Sequence record: DRR723986_6727
Direction: 5' to 3' (one strand)
Length of the DNA stretch: 64,000 bases
Shown: positions 37,668-47,237 of the stretch, one piece after another
How positions within the stretch are numbered: the stretch's first letter is position 1
How the letters are laid out: every line of letters starts with the position of its first letter
Translations under genes and position numbers: made by a program
Notes under the pieces: generated by a model
What the model saw: only the letters and a program-made list of their open reading frames with translations
Database searches by the model: none
Told to the model about the DNA's origin: nothing

Positions 37668-38261
37668 ATGAAAAAAGTAATTTTATTTTTTGTTACGGCA
37701 ATGTTCGGTATTGCTATTATTAATGCACAAATCGCCTTTGGTGCAAAGGCTGGAGTTAACTTCTCGGATATAACAGGTGAGAAAGTTGATAGTTTTGATG
37801 GAAGAACGTCATTTCACTTCGGTGCGGTTGCAGAGATTGAAATATCTGAAAAATTCTCTTTCCAACCCGAATTGCTGTTTTCTTCTCAAGGGTCTAAGTA
37901 TTCTGAGGACTTTGAAGGAGAGGACTTTGAAGGCGAAGTTAAAGTAAACTATTTAAATGTTCCTTTAATGGCTAAATATTATGTAACAGAAGGACTTAGT
38001 ATTGAGGCTGGACCTCAAATAGGATTTCTTTTAAGTGCTACTGATGAATATGAAGATGAAGAGGACGATATTGATGAGTTCTTGAAAAGTACTGACTTTG
38101 GTCTTAATTTAGGTCTAGGTTATAAGTTAGACAGTGGTTTGTTTTTTAATGCACGCTATAACTTAGGTTTGAGTGATAACCTTGATGCTGATGAATTTGA
38201 AACTGATGGTGCAGAGTATAAGAATAGTGTAATCCAAATTTCTGTTGGTTACTTCTTTTAA
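37668..38261 (+). CDS. Small beta-barrel outer-membrane protein (porin family), paralog 2
   Basis: ATG at 37668; FGAKAGVNF, FSFQPELLFS, YLNVPLMAKYY, EAGPQIGFL, ARYNLGL, SVGYFF. Confidence 0.9.
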   Translation: MKKVILFFVTAMFGIAIINAQIAFGAKAGVNFSDITGEKVDSFDGRTSFHFGAVAEIEISEKFSFQPELLFSSQGSKYSEDFEGEDFEGEVKVNYLNVPLMAKYYVTEGLSIEAGPQIGFLLSATDEYEDEEDDIDEFLKSTDFGLNLGLGYKLDSGLFFNARYNLGLSDNLDADEFETDGAEYKNSVIQISVGYFF

Positions 38262-38282
38262 TCACTTATATTAAAAATTTTA

Positions 38283-38305
38283 AGGGAGCTATTTTCTCCT
38301 TTTTT
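38283..38305 (+). terminator. Probable terminator after OMP paralog 2
   Basis: AGGGAG...CTCCT short stem plus T-run. Confidence 0.55.
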
Positions 38306-38405
38306 TGTCGATAAAATACTTTAAAATTTAACACAGAAAAATTAACTTTAAGTAATCCAAAACTTACTTTTGTGCTCTAAATTTAAATCAATTAATTACA
38401 TTAAA

Positions 38406-38975
38406 ATGAAAAAATTAAGTTTACTAATTGTTGCAGCATTATTTTGTGCAATCACTATTAATGCTCAAGATGATAATAGTTCTTCAACTAAGCCAGTATT
38501 TGGTGCAAAGCTGGGTTATTCATCAATTACACTTAAAGTTAAAGTAGAAGATGAATCTGAATCTGAGGATATTTCAGGTTTTTCTCTAGGTATTTTTGGC
38601 GATTTTAATTTATCTGAAAAATTTGACTTAAGAGGTGAATTAAATTATTCTGCTTATTCTGAAGATGGAGAAAGTACAGGTGTATTACAATTGCCTGTTT
38701 TATTAAAGTATAATATTGACGAAAGATTTTCTTTATTAGCTGGCCCACAAGTAGATTTTCTAATGGACGAAGATGATGCTGCTGGTTTGCATAGAGTAGG
38801 TGTAGGTATTGCTTTAGGTTTAGCCTTTGACATTACTGACGAGCTATTCTTTGACGCTAGATATTCTTTTGGAATTAACGACAGACTTTCTGGTGGTTTG
38901 GAAGGATTTGAAGAGTTTGATATAAAAACATATTTTAATTACCTGCATGTAGGTATAGGATATAGATTCAATTAG
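38406..38975 (+). CDS. Small beta-barrel outer-membrane protein (porin family), paralog 3
   Basis: ATG at 38406; FGAKLGY, LQLPVLLKY, LLAGPQV, DARY, GIGYRFN. Confidence 0.88.
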   Translation: MKKLSLLIVAALFCAITINAQDDNSSSTKPVFGAKLGYSSITLKVKVEDESESEDISGFSLGIFGDFNLSEKFDLRGELNYSAYSEDGESTGVLQLPVLLKYNIDERFSLLAGPQVDFLMDEDDAAGLHRVGVGIALGLAFDITDELFFDARYSFGINDRLSGGLEGFEEFDIKTYFNYLHVGIGYRFN

Positions 38976-38997
38976 AATTTTTATAACTGTTATAATA

Positions 38998-39028
38998 AAA
39001 AAACCGAAGTTGAACCTTCGGTTTTTTT
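38998..39028 (+). terminator. Terminator after OMP paralog 3
   Basis: AAAAAACCGAAG-TTGAAC-CTTCGGTTTTTT. Confidence 0.85.
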
Positions 39029-39055
39029 GTACACTTATTTTAATATATTTACTTT

Positions 39056-39475
39056 ATGAAGAAAATCATCATTATAAATGGTCCGAATTTAAATTTATTA
39101 GGAAAACGTGAGCCAGAAATATATGGTAATCAAACATTCCAAGATTATTTTAAGGAACTTAAAACTAAATTTTCAGATTTAGATTTAGAGTACTTTCAAT
39201 CTAATATTGAAGGTGAATTAATAGATAAAATTCAAGATGTTGGTTTTTTATATGATGGTATTGTTCTTAATGCGGCAGCATACACACATACTTCTGTTGG
39301 TATAGGTGATGCTATAAAATCTATTGAAACACCAGTTGTAGAAGTACATATTTCAAATACATTTTCAAGGGAAACGTTTAGGCATCAATCATATATTTCA
39401 CCAAATGCAAAAGGTGTTATTTTAGGGTTTGGTTTAAAGAGCTATGATCTTGCTATTAACAGCTTTATAAATTAA
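39056..39475 (+). CDS. aroQ: Type II 3-dehydroquinate dehydratase
   Basis: NGPNLNLLGKREPEIYG, QSNIEGELI, EVHISN...FRH.S. Confidence 0.96.
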   Translation: MKKIIIINGPNLNLLGKREPEIYGNQTFQDYFKELKTKFSDLDLEYFQSNIEGELIDKIQDVGFLYDGIVLNAAAYTHTSVGIGDAIKSIETPVVEVHISNTFSRETFRHQSYISPNAKGVILGFGLKSYDLAINSFIN

Positions 39476-39478
39476 GCC

Positions 39479-39955
39479 ATGATAAGAAATCTTATAATTA
39501 TTTTAATTTTTATTCTCGGAATTCAAACTTCATACGCTCAGGCCGAATTTGGTATAAAAGGAGGAGTCAATATTACTTTTTTTAAAGTAACTGAGGGTGA
39601 TTTTGGCACCAATCCTGAGACAGATACTGGCTTTTACGGAGGTGTTTTTGTTGATTTTGAGATTGATAGTGGCTTTCACCTTCAACCAGAATTATTATAT
39701 AAGGGTGTAGGAGATTTTGAGTTTATAAATGCACCAATCTATTTAAAATACGATATTAATAATAACTTTCATATTCTATTGGGACCAAGTTTAAATTACT
39801 TTTTTGACTTGTTTTCTAATAAGTTTAAAGTAAGAGTGGATGTGAGTTTGGACTATGACCTTGCTCAAAAGTTAAGTATACATATGAAATATACCTTAGG
39901 CTTTGAAGAGTTATCACCAAACATAATATTTTCGGGCATAGGCTATAAATTATAA
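39479..39955 (+). CDS. Small beta-barrel outer-membrane protein (porin family), paralog 4
   Basis: FGIKGGVN, LQPELLY, PIYLKY, GIGYKL. Confidence 0.83.
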   Translation: MIRNLIIILIFILGIQTSYAQAEFGIKGGVNITFFKVTEGDFGTNPETDTGFYGGVFVDFEIDSGFHLQPELLYKGVGDFEFINAPIYLKYDINNNFHILLGPSLNYFFDLFSNKFKVRVDVSLDYDLAQKLSIHMKYTLGFEELSPNIIFSGIGYKL

Positions 39956-39956
39956 A

Positions 39957-39989
39957 TAAGAAAGGCGATTCATCTGAATCGCCTTTCTT
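39957..39989. terminator. Bidirectional terminator between OMP paralog 4 and lpdA
   Basis: TAAGAAAGGCGATTCA-TC-TGAATCGCCTTTCTTA. Confidence 0.85.
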
Positions 39990-40011
39990 AATTTATTTAG
40001 TCTAAGTTATA

Positions 40012-41388
40012 TTATAAATGTATAACTTCATCATATGCGTCTGCAACAGCTTCCATAACCGCCTCACTCATCGTTGGATGAGGATGTACAGCTTTTAATA
40101 CTTCATGGCCTGTAGTTTCTAGTTTTCTACCCAAAACAGCTTCAGCAATCATATCTGTAACACCAGCACCTATCATATGGCACCCTAACCATTCACCGTA
40201 TTTAGCGTCAAAAATAACTTTGACGAAACCATCCTTGTTTCCTCCAGCACTTGCTTTTCCTGAAGCTGAGAATGGAAATTTTCCAATTTTAACATCCAAT
40301 CCTTGTTCTTTAGCTTGTGCTTCAGTTAAACCAACACTTGCAATTTCTGGAGAACAATAAGTACATCCTGGTATGTTACCATAATCTAACGCTTCAACAT
40401 GATGCCCTGCAATTTTTTCAACACAAAGAATACCTTCTGCAGATGCAACGTGAGCAAGCGCTTGACCAGGAGTAACATCACCAATGGCGTAATAGCCTGG
40501 AATATTGGTTTGATAATAATCGTTAACTAAAATTTTGTCTCTATCTACTACAATACCAACATCTTCTAATCCTATATTTTCAATATTAGATTTAATACCA
40601 ACAGCAGATAATACAATATCAGCTTCTAATACTTCTTCTCCTTTTTTAGTTTTCACCGTAGCTTTAACACCTTTGCCTGAGGTATCAACAGAAGTTACTT
40701 CTGCAGATGTCATTATTTTAATTCCAGATTTTTTAAAGCTTCTTTCTAATTGCTTAGAAATTTCATCGTCTTCAACCGGAACAATTTTTGGCATATATTC
40801 AACAATTGTCACTTCAGTTCCCATAGAGTTATAGAAATAAGCGAATTCTACACCAATTGCACCAGAGCCCACAACAATCATTTTCTTTGGTTGTTTATCT
40901 AAGGTCATAGCTTTTCTATAACCAATCACTTTTTTTCCATCCTGTGGTAAACTAGGTAATTCTCTTGAGCGCGCACCAGTTGCAATAATGATATGATCAG
41001 CAGAATATTCTTTTCCATCAACCTCAATTTTTTTCCCTGGCTTTACTTTTCCATAACCTTCAATAACATCTATTTTGTTCTTTTTCATCAAGAACTTTAC
41101 ACCGTTACTCATACCATCAGCAACACCACGGCTTCGCTTTACAACAGCATCAAAATCGTGTTGAGCATCTTTTACTTTTAAACCATAATCTTCGGCATGT
41201 TTAAGATATTCAAAAACTTGTGCTGATTTTAATAGTGCTTTGGTAGGTATACAACCCCAATTTAAACAAACACCACCAAGACTTTCCTTTTCTACAACTG
41301 CAGTTTTAAATCCTAACTGTGATGCTCTAATCGCGGTTACATAGCCACCAGGCCCACTTCCTAATACTATAATATCGTATTTACTCAT
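40012..41388 (-). CDS. lpdA: Dihydrolipoyl dehydrogenase
   Basis: GSGPGGY, GGVCLNWGCIPTK, HPHPTMSE. Confidence 0.97.
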   Translation of the reverse strand: MSKYDIIVLGSGPGGYVTAIRASQLGFKTAVVEKESLGGVCLNWGCIPTKALLKSAQVFEYLKHAEDYGLKVKDAQHDFDAVVKRSRGVADGMSNGVKFLMKKNKIDVIEGYGKVKPGKKIEVDGKEYSADHIIIATGARSRELPSLPQDGKKVIGYRKAMTLDKQPKKMIVVGSGAIGVEFAYFYNSMGTEVTIVEYMPKIVPVEDDEISKQLERSFKKSGIKIMTSAEVTSVDTSGKGVKATVKTKKGEEVLEADIVLSAVGIKSNIENIGLEDVGIVVDRDKILVNDYYQTNIPGYYAIGDVTPGQALAHVASAEGILCVEKIAGHHVEALDYGNIPGCTYCSPEIASVGLTEAQAKEQGLDVKIGKFPFSASGKASAGGNKDGFVKVIFDAKYGEWLGCHMIGAGVTDMIAEAVLGRKLETTGHEVLKAVHPHPTMSEAVMEAVADAYDEVIHL

Positions 41389-41444
41389 GAGTAATTTTTT
41401 AGTTGAATTTTAAGGCTACGAATTTACGAAACCAAAACGTAATA

Positions 41445-41996
41445 TTAAAGGTCTTCTGTAAAATGTCTTCGTCCTTTATCTTTTTGAAATTTCTCTTTAT
41501 TGTAGTCTTTAGATTTTCCCATAGGAATAGACAAGGATTGCCAATCTTTTCCTTTTAGTAACTTGCCTATGAATACAATTTGGCCAATGTGATACGCGTA
41601 ATGCATCATTTGTCGGTTAATTGCTTCAGACACGGTATGTCCTTGATTACGTATGTACACGATTCGGTCTAAGTCTAACTCATTTAAAGGCTCTATTGAG
41701 CTAAACAGACAATTCCAGCCTTTTTCCTATGCATCCTCAATCTCTTCTTTAGAATTAAATGTATCAATAAATTTGTCATCTCTCTGACGCCAATGTTTTT
41801 CGCCATCTTCTAAAAGAAAATTGGTCCAACGGCTCAGCATATTTCCAACTAAATGTTTTATAATAATTGAAATGGAATTAGAGTCTTCTGCGAATTCTTT
41901 TTGTAATTCTTCAAAATTGAGTTGCTCTATGGTTCTATCACCAAGACTTTTATAATATTTAAATTGAATAAGAGCGTTTTGTAGATAATTACTCAT
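41445..41996 (-). pseudogene. DUF1572 (DinB-superfamily) gene interrupted by an in-frame TAG
   Basis: Track ORFs 41727-42023 and 41445-41660 share one frame, reading ...EEIEDA*EKGWNCLF...; motifs NSISIIIKHLVGNMLSRWTNFL and HYAYHIGQIV; likely ATG at 41996. Confidence 0.82.
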
Positions 41997-42009
41997 CAGT
42001 TTCTTGGTC

Positions 42010-42489
42010 TTAGTCTGCCACAAATTTTAAAGCAACACCATTAATACAATGACGTTTACCCGTTGTTTCTTTTGGGCCATCATTAAAAACGTGGCCTAAG
42101 TGACCACCACATGTTGCGCAATGTTCTTCCATACGTGCGTATCCTATTTTATAATCTGTTGAGAATGCAACATTACCCTCAATTTCTCTGTCAAAGCTTG
42201 GCCACCCGCTACCCGAATCAAATTTATGTTCACTCTTAAATAGTGGTGTATTGCAACCTTTACAATGATAAACTCCCTTTTTGTAATTTTTATTTAAAGA
42301 ACTGGAAAATGCACGTTCTGTACCAGCTTCTCTTAAAACGTAAAATTCCATATCTGTTAATTGGGCTTTCCATTCCGCTTCAGTTTTAGTTACAGGATAA
42401 GTTTCTTGCTTTTTATTATCTTTTTTCTGGGCAGTTGTATTGCAACTGAAAATTAGACTAATTACTGTTAATAAAAATAGATTTTTCAT
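42010..42489 (-). CDS. msrB: Peptide-methionine (R)-S-oxide reductase, lipoprotein
   Basis: Lipobox IFSC; GTERAF, KFDSGSGWPSF, HLGHVFNDGP, RHCING. Confidence 0.95.
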   Translation of the reverse strand: MKNLFLLTVISLIFSCNTTAQKKDNKKQETYPVTKTEAEWKAQLTDMEFYVLREAGTERAFSSSLNKNYKKGVYHCKGCNTPLFKSEHKFDSGSGWPSFDREIEGNVAFSTDYKIGYARMEEHCATCGGHLGHVFNDGPKETTGKRHCINGVALKFVAD

Positions 42490-42694
42490 AGTATTGTTTT
42501 TTTTGTAAAGTTAAATTATACAGGTCATAATGGTAAATATTTAACGATATCTTAATTATTTAGAGCATTTTTATTTATTTCATATTTCTAAATTTATTCG
42601 CTGCAATAATGACTGATATGGCTATATTTTTTAATATTTAGTTGTAAATTCATACGCTATTACAGTTTAGTCATAAGTTTTTTTAAAATCTTAC

Positions 42695-43897
42695 ATGAAA
42701 GCATTATTTCTTACTAGAGAATTTCCGCCTTATGTTTATGGAGGTGCAGGAGTACATGTTGAATATTTAGCTAAAGAATTAGCCGAATTAATTTCTGTTG
42801 AAGTTCGTTCATTCGGTGATCAAAATGTTACGAATGAAAATATTAAGGTGAAAGGTTATCCATTTGATGACAGTGTGTTTGAAAATGCTGATGATAAACT
42901 TAAAGCAGTGTTTAAAACGCTAAGTACAGGATTACATATGAATGCAGATGTTATAGACGCAGATGTATTGCATTGTCATACCTGGTATTCTCATTTTGCA
43001 GGTATAATGGCCAAACTTTGCTATGGCTTACCTTTAGTTGTAACCACACATTCTTTAGAACCTTTAAGGCCTTGGAAACGAGAACAGTTGGGTCGTGGCT
43101 ATGATGCCTCTTCATGGATAGAGAAAACGGCAATAGAAATGGCAGACTGTTTAATTGCTGTTTCTGAGGAAACAAAAGAAGATGTTTTAAAACATTTCGA
43201 TGTCGATGAGAATAAAATAGAGGTTGTTTATAATGGAATAGATTTAAAAGAATATGTTGTTGTAAAGGAAACCGATGTTTTAGAAAGATATGGAATAGAT
43301 AAATCCAAGCCATATGTTTTGTTTGTAGGAAGAATTACCAGGCAAAAAGGTATAATTCATTTAGTAAACGCCATAAAGTATATAGATGCAGATACCCAAA
43401 TAGTTTTATGTGCAGGAGCACCAGATACAAATGAGATTGCAAAGGAAATGGAAGATGCCGTCGCAGAGGCTTCAAAATCTAGGAGTAATATATTCTGGAT
43501 TGATAAAATGTTAGAGAAAAAGGATGTGATACAGCTTTACTCTCATGCAGCTGTGTTTTGTTGCCCATCTATTTACGAACCCTTTGGTATTATAAATATA
43601 GAAGCTATGGCATGTGAAACAGCAGTAGTAGCAAGTGCCGTTGGAGGCATTAAAGAAGTAGTTGTTGAAGGAGAAACCGGATTATTGATTAACTTAGAAC
43701 AACAAAAATCGGCACCTTTTGAACCTGTTGATCCAAGTCAGTTCTCAAATGACCTGGCAGATGGTGTAAATAAGCTAATTGAAAACAAGCTATTAAGAGA
43801 TAAAATGGCGAAAAACGGGAGAAAAAGAGTAGAAGATTTTTTCGATTGGAAAGCCATTGCAAAACAAACCGTTAATATTTACAAATCATTAATTTAA
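42695..43897 (+). CDS. glgA: GT4 glycogen synthase / maltose-1-phosphate synthase (actinobacterial GlgA/GlgM type)
   Basis: TREFPPYVYGGAGVHVEYL, HSLEPLRPWKREQLG.GY, FVGRITRQKG, PSIYEPFGIINIEAMAC. Confidence 0.9.
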   Translation: MKALFLTREFPPYVYGGAGVHVEYLAKELAELISVEVRSFGDQNVTNENIKVKGYPFDDSVFENADDKLKAVFKTLSTGLHMNADVIDADVLHCHTWYSHFAGIMAKLCYGLPLVVTTHSLEPLRPWKREQLGRGYDASSWIEKTAIEMADCLIAVSEETKEDVLKHFDVDENKIEVVYNGIDLKEYVVVKETDVLERYGIDKSKPYVLFVGRITRQKGIIHLVNAIKYIDADTQIVLCAGAPDTNEIAKEMEDAVAEASKSRSNIFWIDKMLEKKDVIQLYSHAAVFCCPSIYEPFGIINIEAMACETAVVASAVGGIKEVVVEGETGLLINLEQQKSAPFEPVDPSQFSNDLADGVNKLIENKLLRDKMAKNGRKRVEDFFDWKAIAKQTVNIYKSLI

Positions 43898-43902
43898 TTC
43901 CA

Positions 43903-45171
43903 ATGATAAACGATAAAGTCTTATCAATAATTTTAGGTGGAGGGCAAGGTTCTCGTTTGTATCCTCTTACAGAGAATCGATCTAAGCCAGCTGTTCCTAT
44001 TGCGGGTAAATACAGATTAGTAGATATACCTATTTCTAACTGTATTAATTCAAATATTAAACGAATGTTTGTATTAACCCAGTTTAATTCAGCATCGTTA
44101 AACAAGCACATTAAAAACACATATCATTTTAGTTTCTTTAGTTCTGCTTTTGTAGATGTATTAGCTGCAGAACAAACTATTGCAAGTGATAAATGGTTTC
44201 AAGGTACCGCAGATGCTGTAAGGCAAAGTATGCATCATTTTTTGAGACACGATTTTGAGTATGCCTTGATTTTATCTGGTGACCAATTATACCAAATGGA
44301 CTTTAATGAAATGATTGAAGCACATGAAGCTAGTGGCGCTGAAATATCTATAGCAACGCAACCTGTTAATGCTAAAGAAGCAACATCATTTGGAATTTTA
44401 AAAACAGACGATAACAATTTTATATCATCATTTATAGAAAAACCGGATGCTTCATTATTGCCAGATTGGACCTCACCAGTAAGTGAAGACATGAATAATG
44501 CAGGAAGAAATTATTTGGCATCAATGGGTATTTACATCTTCAATAGAGATTTATTAGTTGAATTACTAAAGAATCCTGATACTGTTGATTTTGGTAAAGA
44601 AATTATTCCTAGTGCGATAAAGAATCATAAAACTTTAAGTTATCAGTTTGAGGGTTATTGGACGGATATAGGAAATATAGATAGTTTCTTTGATGCCAAT
44701 CTTGGTTTAACAGACGAAATTCCACAATTTAATCTGTATGAAAATGAAAAACGCATTTATACGAATGCAAGGATTTTGCCTACATCTAAAATTTCAGGTA
44801 CTTTATTAGATAGAACTGTAATATCCGAAGGTTGTTTAATTCATGCCGCTAAAATAGAGCGTTCTGTAATTGGTATTCGATCTAGAATTGGCGCAGAATC
44901 TACAGTTATTAATTGTTATATGATGGGAAATGATTCTTATGAATCTTTGGAGGAAGTACAACGGAAAAATATAGAAATATTTATGGGTATTGGAGAACGA
45001 TGCTTTATTAAAAATGTCATCTTGGATAAAAATTGTAGAATAGGTGATGATGTTAGGATAAATGGCGGAAAGCACCTCAAGGATACAGAGACTGATAGTT
45101 ATTTTGTTAAAGATGGTATTGTGGTAGTTAAAAAGGATGCTGTTATTTCATCTCGAACCATAATTCAATAG
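43903..45171 (+). CDS. glgC: Glucose-1-phosphate adenylyltransferase
   Basis: ILGGGQGSRLYPLT..RSKPAVP, WFQGTADAV, LSGDQLY, ASMGIY. Confidence 0.96.
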   Translation: MINDKVLSIILGGGQGSRLYPLTENRSKPAVPIAGKYRLVDIPISNCINSNIKRMFVLTQFNSASLNKHIKNTYHFSFFSSAFVDVLAAEQTIASDKWFQGTADAVRQSMHHFLRHDFEYALILSGDQLYQMDFNEMIEAHEASGAEISIATQPVNAKEATSFGILKTDDNNFISSFIEKPDASLLPDWTSPVSEDMNNAGRNYLASMGIYIFNRDLLVELLKNPDTVDFGKEIIPSAIKNHKTLSYQFEGYWTDIGNIDSFFDANLGLTDEIPQFNLYENEKRIYTNARILPTSKISGTLLDRTVISEGCLIHAAKIERSVIGIRSRIGAESTVINCYMMGNDSYESLEEVQRKNIEIFMGIGERCFIKNVILDKNCRIGDDVRINGGKHLKDTETDSYFVKDGIVVVKKDAVISSRTIIQ

Positions 45172-45297
45172 TAAAAAGTACTTATTTCTAAATAGTTATC
45201 CAATTCAAACGTTGTAGTTTGCCGAGCTTTATTTATTCTTTTTATTTGTGAAGAATGTATAGTACTTTCGCCTCATAGTTAATATTCAATTAGCATT

Positions 45298-47235
45298 ATG
45301 CAAAATCAAAGAAGAGTTGTAATCGACACTGTTAAACCTCAATTAAACGGTGGTGAATTTTTTATTAAACGAATTATAAATGAAATTGTAAATATAGATG
45401 CTCATGTTTTAGTAGATGGTCATGATGTGATAGCTGCTTCTGTTCTTTATAAACACGAAAAAGAACGTAAGTTGAGTGAGGTAAGAATGCAGCATATAGA
45501 AAATGATGAGTGGAACGCCTCTTTTCAAGTTGAGAAACAAGGATTTTACACCTATAAAGTACAAGGTTGGGTAGATCATCCACTCAATTGGCAGCATGGT
45601 ATAGAACGAAAGATTGAAGATAATCAACACGTCAAATCTGAATTATTAGAAGGTATAACTTATTTAAAACCTTTACTTAAAAAAGCCACAAAAAAAGAGC
45701 AAGATTATATTTCATATTGTATTGAATGTTTTAATTCAGAAAACAAATACAATGATGCTATTAAAGAAGCTCAATCCAGCCAATTACATCAGTTATTTGT
45801 AAAGTATCCAGATAAGGACCTTTTTAACGAATCAAGAGAACTTCAAGTCTACGTAGATAGAAAGAAAGCATTATTTAGTACTTGGTATGAGTTTTTTCCA
45901 AGATCTTCATCAGAAGTAGAAGGACAACATGGTACATTTAAGGATTGTGAACGCTTATTACCTAGAATTTTAGAAATGGGATTTGATACCTTGTATTTTC
46001 CACCAATTCACCCAATTGGAGAGGTAAATAGAAAAGGAAAAAATAATACTACAGACGCTAAGGAAGGTGATGTAGGCTCAGCATGGGGAATTGGATCTAA
46101 ACACGGAGGACACAAAGATATTCACCCAGAATTAGGAAAGCTTAGTGATTTTAAAAGTTTAATTAAGAAGGCTAAGAAACTTAATATTGAAATTGCAATG
46201 GACTATGCTTTACAAGCTGCTCCGGACCATCCATGGGTTGAGGAACATCCAGATTGGTTTAAATGGAGACCAGATGGTACAGTGCAATATGCCGAGAATC
46301 CTCCAAAAAAATATCAAGACATTTTACCTATTTATTGGGAAAGTAAAGATTATAAAAATCTATGGAAAGAGTGTTTAGACACATTGTTTTATTGGATTGA
46401 TTGCGGAATTAATGTGTTTAGAGTTGATAATCCTCACACCAAACCTTATTATTTCTGGAATTGGGCAATTTCAGAGGTAAAAAAGAAACATCCAGATGTA
46501 GTATTCTTAGCAGAAGCATTTACAAGGCCAAAAGTAATGCAACAATTAGCTAAACAAGGCTACACGCAATCTTATACTTATTTTACTTGGCGGAATACCA
46601 AGCATGAATTGATTGAGTATATGACAGAATTGACACAAACGGATCAAAGAGAGTATATGCGACCAAACTTTTGGCCAAATACACCAGATATTAATCCTTA
46701 CCATCTCCAAGGAGCGAATGAATCAAAATACATTCAACGCTATGTACTTGCAGCGACTTTAAGTTCTAATATTGGGATTTATGGACCTGTATTTGAACAA
46801 CAGTTGGATGAGGCTATACCAGGTAAGGAAGAATATTATATGTCTGAAAAATTTGAAGTAAAGCATTACGATTGGAATGTTCAAAACAAAATTACATCCA
46901 TAATATCTAAGGTTAATGCTATTCGACATAAGCATGAGGCATTGCAGCAGACAAATAATATTAAATTTTGCCATGTAGAAAATGAAAATCTCTTGGCTTT
47001 CTATAAATGGAACGATTCAAAAACAGATGAACTTCTTATTATTATAAGTCTGGATCAATATTATGCACAACAAGGTACGGTACAATTACCATTGCATGAA
47101 CTTGGTGTTCATTCAGGATATCAAATTACTGTAAATGATTTGGTAACAGGAAGTAGTTACAATTGGCATAGTGAATGGAATTTTGTAGAGTTGCATCCAA
47201 CATTGCCATTTCATATCTTTAAGATAAATAAGTAG
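45298..47235 (+). CDS. glgE: Alpha-1,4-glucan:maltose-1-phosphate maltosyltransferase
   Basis: WYEFFPRS, PPIHPIG, YAENPPKKYQDI, FRVDNPHTKP, FLAEAFTRP, QSYTYFTWRN. Confidence 0.95.
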   Translation: MQNQRRVVIDTVKPQLNGGEFFIKRIINEIVNIDAHVLVDGHDVIAASVLYKHEKERKLSEVRMQHIENDEWNASFQVEKQGFYTYKVQGWVDHPLNWQHGIERKIEDNQHVKSELLEGITYLKPLLKKATKKEQDYISYCIECFNSENKYNDAIKEAQSSQLHQLFVKYPDKDLFNESRELQVYVDRKKALFSTWYEFFPRSSSEVEGQHGTFKDCERLLPRILEMGFDTLYFPPIHPIGEVNRKGKNNTTDAKEGDVGSAWGIGSKHGGHKDIHPELGKLSDFKSLIKKAKKLNIEIAMDYALQAAPDHPWVEEHPDWFKWRPDGTVQYAENPPKKYQDILPIYWESKDYKNLWKECLDTLFYWIDCGINVFRVDNPHTKPYYFWNWAISEVKKKHPDVVFLAEAFTRPKVMQQLAKQGYTQSYTYFTWRNTKHELIEYMTELTQTDQREYMRPNFWPNTPDINPYHLQGANESKYIQRYVLAATLSSNIGIYGPVFEQQLDEAIPGKEEYYMSEKFEVKHYDWNVQNKITSIISKVNAIRHKHEALQQTNNIKFCHVENENLLAFYKWNDSKTDELLIIISLDQYYAQQGTVQLPLHELGVHSGYQITVNDLVTGSSYNWHSEWNFVELHPTLPFHIFKINK

Positions 47236-47237
47236 TA

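Noticed and set aside
18931-41729. Stop-codon reassignment, selenocysteine or pyrrolysine as an explanation for the two in-frame stops
   Set aside because: TGA ends gldF, and TAG ends rny and glgC normally. The two stops are different codons, and each is one substitution from the expected Arg or Trp rather than Cys or Lys.
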